From: Octopus sinensis
Taxonomy: Eukaryota
Assembly: GCF_006345805.1 (NCBI RefSeq)
Contig: NC_043000.1
Coordinates: 142,600,001-142,664,000 of the forward strand
Length of the DNA stretch: 64,000 nucleotides
Reading direction: 5' to 3'
Part shown: positions 23,535 through 35,942 of the stretch, in pieces
Position numbering within the stretch: position 1 is the stretch's first letter
Layout: the number at the start of each line of letters is the position of its first letter
Made by a program: the position numbers and the translations under genes
The notes under the pieces: model-generated
What the model was told of the DNA's origin: nothing
The model's input: the letters and a program-made list of their open reading frames with translations, nothing else
Database searches by the model: none

Positions 23535-23722
23535 CTACTATAGACACAAGGCGCAAAATTTTTAGGGGGTGGGGTTAGTCGACTGGTACTTAATTTATCG
23601 ACGCCGAAAGGATGAAAGGCAAAGTCGACCTCAGCGGAATGTGAACTCAGTACGTAAAGATAGACGAAATACCGCAAAGCATTTCGCCCGGCGTGCTAAC
23701 GTTTCCGCCAGCTTACCACCTT
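23535..23722 (-). mobile_element. SINE-A (ordinary tail)
   Basis: Consensus body and head. Confidence 0.85.
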
Positions 23723-23728
23723 TTCTGA

Positions 23729-24460
23729 GACCCTCCCCCCTTCGGTCACTACACAGACCATGGGATTGCACCTAGAAAGTTACCCTCCCAGGCACAAGTC
23801 CGGGAAAGATTGTTTATGGAAGACCAGCAGTCGCCCATACATACCGGCCTCCCCTCTTCACACCACCAGTATTATCCAAGGGAAAGGCAACGGGCGATAT
23901 AGCGCGGCACCTGTGACGTCGCAACACATTTCTACAGCTAAGTTAGCTGGATCAACTTGAAATAATGTGTCGGAACTTTTCGGTTTGAACGGCAGTTTTT
24001 AACATAGTTTCTAGGTAACTAAAAATTTTTAAACTTCGTATACTTGTAGAATGTGTAGAATGTTTATAAAATTCTATAGTTTGTAAGATATTTGTTGTTG
24101 TTTTTCTTCAATTTCTGCAATTCCAACCAATCACTGACGTCTATTGAGGTAAAAACATTCTGTGCCGTATGAATATGTCCCTTGTTTAAGAAACAGATTG
24201 GGTTTATTTACATTCGTGAAGAAAAAAAGATACCTTTCCCCCACCCCTAACCCTAACTAACCTAAAACAGATTGAAATGCAATAGATCGATACTAGCGTC
24301 ATAATTATGGGTGACAATTTCACATGACACCGCTAGAAAAAACTGCCGTCCAAACCGAAAAGATCCAAAGTGTCTTGCTCAAGAACACAACACACAGCCC
24401 GGTCCGAAATTCGAGCTCACAACCTCACGATCGTAAGCTCGAAGCTCTAACCACTGAGCC
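23729..24460 (-). mobile_element. SINE-D split by a MITE insertion
   Basis: 23729-23971 plus 24367-24460 reconstitute the element at 10709-11043. Confidence 0.85.
23972..24366. mobile_element. 395-bp MITE, ~30-bp TIRs with GG...CC termini, 8-bp TSD (Merlin-like by inference)
   Basis: TIRs GGA(A/T)CTTTTCGGTTTG(A/G)ACGGCAGTTTTT; TSD AATGTGTC (23964-71) / AAAGTGTC (24367-74), single copy in the intact SINE-D. Confidence 0.85.
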
Positions 24461-25729
24461 TTATAGGAGCAAGTATTTATTATACAAACTAAACTATGTG
24501 TTTCGCGATCGATACTAACGAAAGTTTAGTTTAGTATGTATGTCAAAGATGTTTCTCTCATCGTCTGTGTTGATCATAAAATATGCAAAACAGAGAGAAA
24601 TGGTTAAACTAAAAGTAGATAAGGCAAAATAATTTTTTTCTTGAGTTAAATGTGGCATTAGAGAAACCCACAGTGAAATAGTCAATATATTTTGAATTGT
24701 AAAATTAGTTCTGTCTATAGGTAGACATATGTATTTACTCACTCTGCTTTGATACGAGTCACCTTCCGTTCTGTAATATAATTTTATTTCCAAACTTTGA
24801 CTGGAAATACACATTATGAGGTGGCAATGGGGAACTGACAGAAATTATTTAAATGCCAATGAAACACTTTACAGTCATTAGGTAGATCAGAACAAAGCAG
24901 ACACGATGTACAAATGCATTTTTGCAGGCTTGTTATGGTCACTTTATATTACCAAGAGAACACAATTAAGATTGGTATATGAGATAGATCAGTCGATGCT
25001 GTAAATAATAAATAAAGCTGACACTGAAATTGTTTCAATCAAGATCGATGTGATACGACGTGGCATCAAGTCCAATTTGAGAAAATTGTCCAACTATAAT
25101 CTAGCTTTTGATATAAAATGGCAAGGATATTGCCGGAAGCATACAACTAAAGGTGGCAAAATTCTCCTAGTTAACTTTAACATCTTCATGGCGTGGAATT
25201 AACATTTTATAAATATGAAAGATTCTAGGAAGCATTTTTACACCTCATGTATGTTAATATCAGACACAGAATTTAAAATGGGATAAAATTGTTTCTAGTA
25301 GACATTAATTATCTTCTTGCTGGATACTTCATACTATTACAGTAATTATGTAGTTTCTAGACGAACTCTAGTCATGGTAAAAGTTTCGACTCCGGATTTG
25401 ATAGCCAGCAATTAAATATGCATATAATGTAAAAGTGTAAATGGACAGGTCATAGGCAAATAACAGAAAATGTTGCTAACATCTCCGTTGAACCATTGTA
25501 AAGTTATAAAATTATGAATTGACAAGAATTTTTGTCTCCACTCCCCTGACGAAGGAGAGTATATTGATCGACTCTCCCTCTATATCCCTCTATCACTCCC
25601 TCAGTCTGTACGTCTCTCTCTCTCTCTCTCACTCTCTCTTTCTCTCTGAATATATATATATATATATATATGCACATAAATGCATATAAATACATACATA
25701 CCTCGCTATATATGTACGCACACGCACAC

Positions 25730-26063
25730 ACATTCTTTTATTTGTTTCAGGCATTTGATTGCGGCCATGCTGGAGCACCGCTTTTTAGTCGTGGAAATGG
25801 ATTCCAGGACTTATTCTTTGTAAGCCTAGTACATATTCTATCGGTCTCTTTTGCCGAACCACTAAGTTACGGGGACGCAAAGACACACAAACATATATAG
25901 CCCGTCGTATATATATATATATATACGACGGGCTCCGTTCAGTTTCCGTTTACCAAATTCATTCACAAGGCTTTGGTCCACCCGAAGCTATAATAGAAGA
26001 CACTTGTTCAAGTTGCCATGCTGTGGGATTGAACCCGGAACCATGTAGCTGGTAAGCAAGCTA
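25730..26063 (-). mobile_element. SINE-B, 3' portion (5' head remainder at 29674-29708)
   Basis: Consensus interrupted after GTAAGCAAGCTA and resumed at 29674. Confidence 0.85.
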
Positions 26064-26239
26064 CGTTATTTCTTAAAACTTTGCAACGATGGCGTTATAG
26101 AGAGGGTACAAACAAGGACAGACAAACATAAAACTGGTGAAGTAGCTTTTACGAATGAATTGAAATTATGAACATTCAAAAAAAATTATAAAAATAATGA
26201 TAGACGTTGTTTTACACAATGTGATGCTTGAAGGAAAGG

Positions 26240-28166
26240 CGTCTAACCACCAGGGTAGAACTTTTGCTTTTTTTCCCGGCTCCACTTCCTTGGTGCCAAT
26301 CACTCCCAGCTTTCTTACAACAAGCTTCCATCTTTTTCCGAATCTCTCTCGTGACAGGTACCTCTTTTCCAGCCTGATTTTACTATTGAGGTCGTAATTA
26401 AAAAAGTTGACCAACCCCTGGCCGGATACAAAGGTACCCGTCACTATTCCTTTCACACGTGTCTTCCATACCGTTTCTTTTAATACCACGCAGAAAAAAA
26501 AATGGGCTTCCCTCTCCCCACTAAGGGAAGGAGGCGGCACGATCCCGACGATAGACTCAGCTGATCGTTGTACTCTTCCTATCGATGCCAATAGGCCAAT
26601 AGTTGCTCTGTGAAAACTATCAGTCCCTTTAATTCCGGACATTCCATAAATGCCTGCAAGACGGTTTCCCTGTCCTGCCCGCACCTGGGACATGTCGGCG
26701 ACACGGTATTTCCGTGCCTTGACAGTTTGTCACGAACAGGTAACGCCGCACGGAAGCACTGCAAAGCCAGGAATTTATGGTAATTATCCAGATACCCCAA
26801 ACGTCCGTTCTCCTGAACAGGTTGACCAACTGATTTTCATCGTAGCCTATGGTCTCCCACAAGGCATTTTCGAACATAAATTCCACTAACCTGCTATAAA
26901 AAATCTGCGGGCCGCCATACAGAAAGTACGTAAGGGCCTCACCATGATCCAGCTTCCCGCTCCTCGCGAACAACTCGGAAAAGTGTTTGTAAAGCGCCTC
27001 ACATGTCTCGTCCCGTCCGTCGACCGAACTCCCATTGTCATCAATCAGAGACCTAATTGTGGCATCATTGCCACGCTGGATTTCTACCGTAAGGCCCATC
27101 CGGTAACATAAAATCCTTCATGGTCATGGGCTCGCACTTTAGCCCGAACTCGACATCCCTCATGTTTTGCTTTGAGGTGACGGTCCAAGGCTGTTCTCAC
27201 TGCCAAAATGTGGGATGCAGATCCCAAACACAACGCCTCCTCTAAGTCCTTAACTAGTTGCCTTTCTACTCTGGCCTTGTCTAGTCTTGTCAGACTCAAA
27301 ACGAATGGCTCTCTTAAGGGCGAACCACCAACGGTTATTAACCACGGAGCCGTTATCGCCCTCTGTACTAATTCCTTAATGTGGCTACGGTATGACTCGC
27401 AAGTCAAAATAGACTTGTTTAGCTTCTAGTAACCGGATCCTATCTTAACTGCGCTGTATATGTTCAGCCTACACTTAACCATCCTATGGTCAGTGAAGGA
27501 CACATGCACAAGCTATGGAAAGCTGAAGTTAAACTTATATCTAGTTCTTATTCCTATCCTATCAAAGTAAGACTTGAACCATCCGGCGTTATTCATCCAG
27601 GTCTACACTGGGACGTTCCGATGGTCAAGCCTGTACTGATCTGATAGCTGAAGTCGCTTAAGTAGATCTACGAAACGTGAGTTCATTTTCCTATCGCTTG
27701 AGCCTACGCTATCGATGCGCGCATTATCGATAGCGCTGTAGTCTCCTAACACCACTAGTGTCTTCGATGTCACGAGAAAGTTCTCCAGGCGCCGATAAAA
27801 ATCGGTTTGTAATCCTCTAGCACAGAGTGCGTAGATTCCGATCAACCTGAAGGCCTTACCGCTGTGTGTCATATCAAGGACGACCAACTAACCTTCGGGG
27901 TCCTCATAGACTATACTTGTTTGCAGAGCCAAGCCTTGCCGACGAGTACTACTACGCCTCATCGACCTCCGGTCTGGCTAGGAGACATGACTTTCTCATA
28001 GATGTTCAGGTGGGGCGAAAAGGCTTGTAGACTGTCCAGCTTAGCCTAGGTAGCAACCATCACATGTATATCATGTGATCTGAGGTCGTCGAGGAAACAG
28101 GCATGTTTCCACTTCGAGCTCAGACCACGCACATTCAAGCACCCCAAGTTAAGCAAAGCCACAAAA
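26240..28166 (-). pseudogene. Tx1 ORF2 relic (APE endonuclease + C-terminal zinc finger, RT missing)
   Basis: GCLNVRGL, FRLIGIYA, LVVLGDY, GSGY*KLN, then ALPVRDKLSRHG...CPRCGQDRETVLQAFMEC; stops and frameshifts. Confidence 0.85.
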
Positions 28167-28530
28167 CAAGGGGAAAAAAGCAAGGGTTCTACTTACCCTT
28201 GACTGGTGATGTTGGGGCTGATCTCACCACACGTGCGATAGCCCCTCGCTTCTCTTTTAATTACCCTAATAGGGTTGCCATCGTTCTAATACGTTTAGGA
28301 CGCCCCTCCTTCAGTTGCCTGTATAGTGTTTCCCCTATCCAGACACAACTCTCTTTCATATCCCTATGTTGCGGGAAAAGTTCCATCGTATGGTGATTTT
28401 TAATGACCTCTTTCAAATAGCTGTCTTTTGTATTATACTCAATCTGTATTTTTTTCTTCTGTTTTTACTTTACTTGGGGGATGGGGTGGGTTTTTTTGTT
28501 ATCTGTGATGACGTACTGTTGTTTTCTTTT

Positions 28531-29566
28531 CTAGGGAATGTGGATGCGGAAGTCACGAACTGTCGTAAACTCCCACTCGGCCACCTCCATGGTGTCGTCT
28601 GGGGGAGTCGCATTTTCATTATCACTGGGTGCCTCATGTTTCAAAGGGTGGAGGTTTGTTATTGTTGGGTCTTGTGTATACAGGGGATGGGTATTTTTGT
28701 TTGTTTGTCGGCTGCCGCAACAACAGAGGGTGTGGCAGAATTTTTCCTGGTGTCTGTACAACGCTGTCTTTTTTTTTCGTTTTTCTTCTTTTTGCTTCCT
28801 TACTTCACAATTCAAAAGAAAGTGGCCCTTTTTCAACATTCATAACAAGTGAGTTTCTTCCCTTAGACTTGTATCCGAAGGGCCACATTCTCCCCCACTA
28901 GTACCCGATCCGGAAGCATTTCAATATCTTCCGGTGAATAATAGCTGAAATGCTCTGTCCCAGTCAATTCTGGTGTGCAGAGCATGTAGTTTGTAGAAAC
29001 TTAATTTTCTTCTGCCTGTTAAACATTAGTGCGGCCATCACCTCCCTTGAATCGACTTCTGGTTGCACTTCAGTCACCTTTACAAGGGAAGTGCACCTCA
29101 CCATGTAGGTTGGTAAAAGTGCCATCTCTTCAGTTTTCAGAGGACTCACCGAGTAGCCGTTGGCCAATTCCTCGCCAGCCTCCTTGCCTCTTACGCTGTC
29201 CTAATCTGGACAACCACCGTCCCATATCTACTTCCTTTCGCTATTAGCCCTTTCTATTTTTTCGATCTCCATCTGTTCCAACTTCCTGCTCTCCACTGAG
29301 TACATATTGTAAGTAATGGTCTTCTTTTCCATATTTTCCATAACCCGTTTCGTGGGTAATTACTTTACGTCACCGCCCACCTTATGTGTTATCTTATTCA
29401 GCTCCTTCAGTCCGGCTAGGTTCACATCCCTTTTCTTCACCTCTGCAGCATCAGCAAAACTCTTTACTCTTTCCGAATGCTCGTCCATTCTATTTACCAC
29501 CTTAACGAGCTCCTCCTCCGCTGAGGACAGCTCACACTCGCTAAGGTCTGAACACATTTTTTTCAA
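28531..29566 (-). pseudogene. Tx1 ORF1 relic (gag-like, CCHC zinc knuckle)
   Basis: Broken frames 29360-29566, 28964-29167 and 28531-28839; knuckle CYEC*K-KGH-FLLNC near 28790-28850. Confidence 0.7.
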
Positions 29567-29734
29567 CTGATATAACTTCTAGTGACAAACCGCTGCCAAG
29601 CAGCACAAAAAGTTCCGTTCGTCTCGTCCAACTCGTCAAAAATCAACACAGCGAATAGACCGACGCATGCGCAGTAAGCAAGCTATTTACCACACCACCA
29701 CTCCTGCGCATATATATATATATATATATATATA

Positions 29735-29929
29735 GGGAGAGTTTACGAAACAAGACAACAAAAGACGAAGGCAGGTGGTGTACAAAACAAACAGATGTAT
29801 TAGTATAACGCTCATGAATAGAAAAAGTCTTTTACGTTTCGAGCCTACGCTCTTCTCCATAAAGGGACACGGAAAAAACAAGGAGAGAAACAAGGAGAGA
29901 AAAATGTGTGCAGTGGCTAACGATCTATC
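29735..29929 (-). mobile_element. Second hammerhead-bearing (Penelope-like) repeat, degenerate core
   Basis: Reverse complement of 50322-50530; GAGC-GTAG-GCTC-GAA-ACGT-A-AAAGA at ~29826-29853. Confidence 0.6.
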
Positions 29930-29956
29930 ATATATATATATATATATATATATATA

Positions 29957-30376
29957 CTCTTTTACTCTTTACTCTTTTCAGTCATTTGACTGCGGCCATG
30001 CTGGAGCACCGCCTTTAGTCGAGCAAATCAACCCCGGGACTTATTCTTTGTAAGCCCAGTACTTATTCTATCGGTCTCTTTTGCCGAACCGCTAAGTGAC
30101 GGGGACGTAAATACACCAGCATCGGTTGTCAAGCAATGCTAGAGGGACAAACACAGATACACAAACACATACACACACATACACACACATACACATATAT
30201 ATATATATACATATATACGACAAGCTTCTTTCAGTTTCCGTCTACCAAATCCACTCACAAGGCTTTGGTCGGCCCGATGCTATAGCAGAAGACACTTGCC
30301 CATGATGCCACGCAGTGGGACTGAACCCGGAACCATGTGGTTGGTTGGGAAGCTACTTACCACACAGCCACTCCTG
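29957..30376 (-). mobile_element. SINE-B
   Basis: Full-length consensus match. Confidence 0.92.
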
Positions 30377-30389
30377 TAATATATATATT

Positions 30390-31070
30390 ACTTGTTTCTC
30401 TCGATAAGCTGCGGCCATGCATAGGCAACGCCTTGAAGAATTTTAGTCGACCTAATCGAATCCAGCACTTAGTTATTGTAATGTCGTACTTAATCTATCG
30501 GTCTTATTCGCGAACCGCTAAGTTACGGGGGCGTAATTACACCAGCACCGTTTGTCAAGTTGTGTGGGGGAAAACGGTGAGACACAAAGACACACTCACA
30601 AATGAGATGACTTGATAAGTTTTGCAATTCCGTAAATAATAATATTTTATAAGCTTAAAGTTTATAAGCAATCACCGTATATTAAATAAGGTAAATTGTA
30701 TAATATGGGGGCACATAAGCTCTCGACGGAAAAATATGGGTTTTCCGTACGCGTGTGACTCAAACACACACCTGTATAATTTGTAGCAAACTTGTCGCCA
30801 AAACATAGGTGTGTGAGTCGAGTACCATGCGTACAGAAAACCCGCTTTTTCCATCAAAGGCTTATATACCCGGATATTAGACTATTTTATTTAGTTGAAC
30901 GCTTATAAGCTTTAAGCTTATACAATATCATTAATGTGTGTGTGTATGTGTGTTTATACGACGGGCTTCTTGCAGCTTCCGTCCACCAAAACCACTCACG
31001 AACCTTTAGTCAGCCCCAAGCTATTATAGAGTACATTTACCTATGGTGCCGCACAGTGAGACTGATGACT
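30390..31070 (-). mobile_element. Old SINE-B split by a fold-back element
   Basis: 3' part 30390-30600, 5' part ~30940-31070. Confidence 0.65.
30640..30930. mobile_element. Imperfect fold-back MITE (~130-bp arms)
   Basis: TATTTTATAAGCTTAAAGTTTATAAGC... versus ...GCTTATAAGCTTTAAGCTTATACAATA; arm similarity continues inward to ACACACCT/AGGTGTGT. Confidence 0.7.
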
Positions 31071-32499
31071 TCTCAGTCACACATCATTTTATTTTAACCA
31101 CTTCTACTGCCTTCCATATTGCAGGGTAGTTTAATTTTATTCTATATTTCGTTGAGGAGGCAGGAGTAATTTTTTAGTGTACGAGGTAATACTTATAAGG
31201 CAAGCTCCAATCCTACGTATGTCAATTGTATTTTCGAAAAATATTCCTCTCCGCATCTCTGTTATATAGATAAGTTTACACATCAGATAAAATCAAATAA
31301 AGTAGTGAACAGCCATACATTCACCCACCAATCGAATAATAAGATTCTCCACCAGACAATGAAATTCGTTAAGCGTCTCTCACAGAAGCTGAAAGTAGTT
31401 TTTTTTGCGCAGGTGTACTATTCTACAAAATTGTGAAATTCAATACCCCCAACGACTGTCGGTAGCTCTTTATAATCAAGAATATGACGAGTGTCGTTTT
31501 AGTTTTAATTCGGTATTCAGAATATTTATGGCATTTGTTTATGTTACACAATATATATTCCGATAATTAATCCGAATCTTTATATTCTGAGTTCATGTCA
31601 ATTTTAACATTCATTAAATGCTCAGGGCGATGTCATTATCTAGCTCCTCCTTTTAAAATAGTTTGCTTTGCTCTTAATTTTTTCTGTCATTCCCAATCGC
31701 GACTTCTCTCCTGCTGCTTTTCATTCGGTTGTGTAACTCACGTCTCCTATTCTTTGTGTGAAGTAAAAGAACATATTTATTGTCAACATAAATCAGGTGA
31801 AATATAAATGTTCGCAACGCTGTTTCATTTTTCTGTACTCTGATAGTTTCTATATAACACACAAAAACTTAATGGCTACATAAACTCAATGATAATATGA
31901 TAACCATGACATGTATCGATAAGGGTACAGAGACATGCGTCAACACTTGATAGAAGTAGAATTAACTGGGAAAATAAATGTTTTAACATTGACTTTTTGC
32001 ATAAGCTTAAGATCAAAACGAGTGATTAGAGACAAAATCGTTGTCCTAAGCACACACTGAGTGCTACACGTCAATCTCCACCGTATATTTTACATTGAAC
32101 AATAAATAATTAGTCCAACACCCTAACAAAAGAAATCATGTAAGCGATAACTGAATTATTTTATCTCCTCTTTCTTTCAGTATTTAGAGTGCGGCCAAGC
32201 TGGGGCACCTCCTAGAAGGGTTTTGAAGAAAAGATAGATGTTAGAGCTTGTTTGTAAGCTAGGTACTTAATCTAATCTCTCTTTTGTCGAACCTCTAAGT
32301 TGCGGTACGTACGCAAACACCGGTTATCAAGTGGTGGTGGGAACACACACACACATATATACAGTGCATTCAGTTTACATTTGGCAGCTTGCGTAGCAGG
32401 AAAAGCAAATTCATTATTCCATTCAAAAATATAAGTGCGTTAAAAATCAAATCATCAACTAGATTGCGTCTATGTGATATCAGTTTACTCAAAGTAATC

Positions 32500-32880
32500 A
32501 TCCTCCCCTCCCACTATAACCTCAAGACGGCTTCGAAACCTGGTGCAGGCGTTCTTCACTGAGCAGATCTTTAAACAACTCTGTGATCTTGGTTCCAGGC
32601 TCGAAATTGATGTTGCAGGCAGGGTTGTCGGTGTCTTTTTCAACCACACCCAACACAGTAATCCATTGAATTAAAATCGAGGAAATTAGGAAACCAGGAA
32701 TTAGGCTGGTGACGTCGTAGACATTTTCTGACCAAGAGGCTAAATCCTACTACCACACATATGACTTTCCAGCAACAACCCTCGCCAGCCAAAGATTGAC
32801 CATAGTCTATAGATGCTTCACATGACCGTCTTGAGCCTAAGGCCATTTCCAGCAGTTGCCAGACTATTTCCGGCTTGTGG
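32500..32880 (-). pseudogene. Tc1/mariner-superfamily (maT/DD37D-like) transposase C-terminal relic
   Basis: Broken frames give RVVAGKSYVW**D, SENVYDV, PNSWFPNFLDFNSMDY, GVVEKDT, KNACTRFRSRLE. Confidence 0.65.
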
Positions 32881-33774
32881 ATGCAGTCGGAATACCTCGC
32901 TGCGTCCCTTCTTGTTAGCCCTGTTAGCCAGCGTACCTTGTTGTCCCTTTCGTTGTCACCTTGCAACTATATATGTCTCTGTAGTGGTGTACACAGAGTA
33001 CTAAGCAGTTGTCATGATGACAGTATTTGATACTCGGCACGAAGCATCATGCTACATGTAATTTTTTTCCAATATTCAGACACCTTTCAGTCCTCCATGA
33101 ACTTTTTATCAGCTTTAACTTTAATCTTTAAGATCTCAAATGCCATTATGACCCCGAACACAACAAGCTGTTCCTGAAAAGAAATGTGACATGCACGAAC
33201 ACTCAACATACGACGGGGTACCCAAAAGAAGCCGCAATTTTGCAATCTCCATTTGTAACAATGCATTGGTGCAGACGGGTCCTCCACTGTTCCAACAGTC
33301 CCGGAACTCGTGCGAAATTATATCCTTTTAACGCCTCCGTCATTTTTTCTTCGCCACTTCCACATCTACAAAACGTTTTCTGTTAAGGACATTTTTCATT
33401 CGGGAGGACAAAAACTATCGCAGGGAGAAGGATGGGGTGAATTGGGAGAATTAGTTAGTGGGGGGTCACGCTATTTTTAGTCAAAGACTGTCTCACACAC
33501 AAGCAGTGTGCGCAGGCGAATTGCTGTGATGAAAAAGTCACTCCCAGCTTTGCTACAGGCCGGGGTGTTTACATCTCACCGCATCTCGCAAATTCGTCAG
33601 AATTGCCAAGTAATATGTTTAGTTAACAGTTTGACCAGGTGGAACAAATTATGTGTGGACAATACTTTTCGCATTACTGTTCTATATTTAATAGATGAGA
33701 AATTATGTACATTATTTAAATTATTTACATAATATACATTTGACAGATATTTATCCTCACCCTGTTTGTTGTTC

Positions 33775-33819
33775 GCACAACGTTTCGGCTGATATACCCT
33801 CCAGCCTTCATCAGCTGTC
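33775..33819 (-). ncRNA. Minimal hammerhead motif (core and stem II intact, stem I eroded)
   Basis: CTGATGA-A-GGCTG[GAGGGTATAT]CAGCC-GAA-ACGT-T. Confidence 0.6.
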
Positions 33820-33861
33820 TTGGGGAAATTTCGAATCATGGAGAAATTCGAAATCTCCCCA

Positions 33862-33909
33862 TAACACCTGATAAAGGCTGGAGAGTATATCAGTCGAAAC
33901 GTTGTGTTA
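33862..33909 (+). ncRNA. Minimal hammerhead motif (6-bp stem I, mutated core CTGATAA)
   Basis: TAACAC-CTGATAA-A-GGCTG[loop]CAGTC-GAA-ACGT-T-GTGTTA. Confidence 0.55.
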
Positions 33910-35166
33910 ACAACAAAGAAGATGAGAACAAATATCCGTCAAATATAAATAATGTAAATAATGTACTTTTCGCATCGATGAAACAAATCAACATCGTCTT
34001 GACATTGGTCTTCACTTGACGCGCTTTTTGGCGATGTGTTGATATTCAATGACTCCATTGGCGTGATTGCTGCTTCGTTTTGCGGATCGTAGCCATAGCA
34101 GCGACTTTCGTCACCAATGATAATCTTTGAATAAAGGTTCGTATCAATTTCCAACTGTTCTTTCAGTTCGCAATACTCATTCACTCGTGGCTGCCTTTGA
34201 TCTTCCATGACCAGCGAGGCACAAATTTAGCTGCAACTCATTTCATTCGCAATTCCTAGCTAAAAATTCGTTGGCACGAGATCAAGGACACACGAGTCAT
34301 ATCAACAAGTTAGGTCCTCTAAGATCAGTTCATGAATTTTCGTGATGTTTTCATTTGTTCTGGAGGTCAACGGTCGCCCTGAACGGGGCTGGCCTTCAGG
34401 CGAAAAGTGACCATTCCTAAAGCTTGAAAGCTACTTGTAAACTTGTGTTTTGCCCATAGCAACGTCCTTGTAAGCTGTTTGAAGCATGACAGCTGTTTTG
34501 TCGCCGTTTTCCACACCAGAGAACAACATTGCACCGAAACACGCTGTTCCATTGTTTCTGCCATCGCAGAAATCGGCAAACAGGGGAAAAGCACTGAAAA
34601 ACGAAGACACATCACGTAACTCAATGAGAAAATGACGACGACGGTATGTAGTCGATTGCCTGAAGGTTGCATCAAGTTGGTTCTAGCGTCGGAAGCCTGA
34701 ACTACAACAGGCTTGTCCCACGGAGAACGTTTCCGATTCCTCTCTGGTACCCCCTCGTATATGGTGGAAATCAATTATTGACGAGTTAGACTTGATCTTA
34801 AACTCAATAAGACCGTCCAAACGTTGCTGGAGACCAAGAATTTCTTGTGCGTGAATTTGCTTTGGGGAGATAAAGTGCTGCACAGCACTGAAACCACTTT
34901 TCAGAATAATCAGCAATAAAACAAATAAAACAACAGAGGTTGAGACGACTAGGAGCCGATTGCACTTTACTGGTTTTTATAGAAAATTACATTTCGAGGA
35001 AAGAAGTTCCAACGAGAACTAGTAGTGATTCCCTCCCAGTGGGTCACATTCACACACCAATTAAACCGTAATAGAATTGCAAGGGTCGCTAAAGGCCCAG
35101 TAAACGCAATTAATAGCACAAATATAAATGATACTAACTAGTAATGATAATAGCTATCCAGATGGA

Positions 35167-35329
35167 GTTAGTTAGTTAATTTGGCTCAAAAGCAAATAGC
35201 AAGGCCATGTAGGGGGACATGGAGTTAAGTACAGGGTGGTGTTCATGTAAAGAGTTCAGGCCACTTGAGGTCCAGGGAGGCTTTGAACAAAGCGGTCGTC
35301 GGCATCTTCACCATCTCGTCTGGCAGCTT
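35167..35329 (-). mobile_element. CR1-clade LINE 3' end
   Basis: KLPDEMVKMPTTALFKASLDLKWPELFT*, short 3'UTR and (TAAC)n tail. Confidence 0.7.
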
Positions 35330-35942
35330 GAATATGAATAAAAGTAGGGATGTAGTGAACACATCAAGTAAAGCTTTATAGAATTGTCTGCTTTTAGACT
35401 TCAACGTGTACTGCAATTGATTTAATTTAAAACAGGTAAATACAAAAATAATCTATCATATCAAAAGGCACTAAGACACGCAGTAGAAACACGTGTTGGA
35501 ATATAAAGAAAAATGATTTAATAAATAAATTCTGAAGAAATGATATATTTATATATTTAAACATCACATACACACACACATATGTAGATGTGTGTATATA
35601 TATTAAAAGAAAGCAAATATATATGTATATATTATGCGTGATATTCCTGTTTTTGTTGTTTCATCCGAAAGCCACGTTGATGAATGCATATAATTCATTA
35701 TTTTTCTATACTCTAGATTATTTCAAACACAGCAAATTATTTTCTTAATTAGTTCGACTTAATTATTACCATGATAAGGACAAGAGACATTTTTATATCT
35801 CACATTCATCTGTTATTATCTTAAGAAATATGTAGTGGTAGATATTACCTTCGACGGAATTTGAACTCAGGCCAAAGGAAGACGAAATAGATAAATGCAA
35901 TTCAGCACCTTCAAGAATATTATTAATATTTACTAAGGTTCA

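Larger units (their letters stand above)
26064..29673 (-). mobile_element. L1/Tx1-clade LINE, both ends present, RT domain deleted
   Basis: 12-bp TSD GTAAGCAAGCTA (26052-63, 29674-85); ORF1 with CCHC knuckle, APE endonuclease and C-terminal CxxC...HxxxxC-type finger; no RT motifs. Confidence 0.88.
33675..33963. mobile_element. Head-to-head pair of 5'-truncated hammerhead elements with 12-bp TSD
   Basis: TSD TACTTTTCGCAT (33663-74, 33964-75); arms homologous to 17947-18075. Confidence 0.88.
33211..34757 (-). mobile_element. Full-length degraded mariner transposon interrupted by a hammerhead element
   Basis: TIRs CGA(C/G)GGGGTACC with TA at 33209-10 and 34758-59; MAETMEQRVSV..., GDESRCYGYDP, FVPPGQTVN, FHHSNSPAH. 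Confidence 0.88.
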
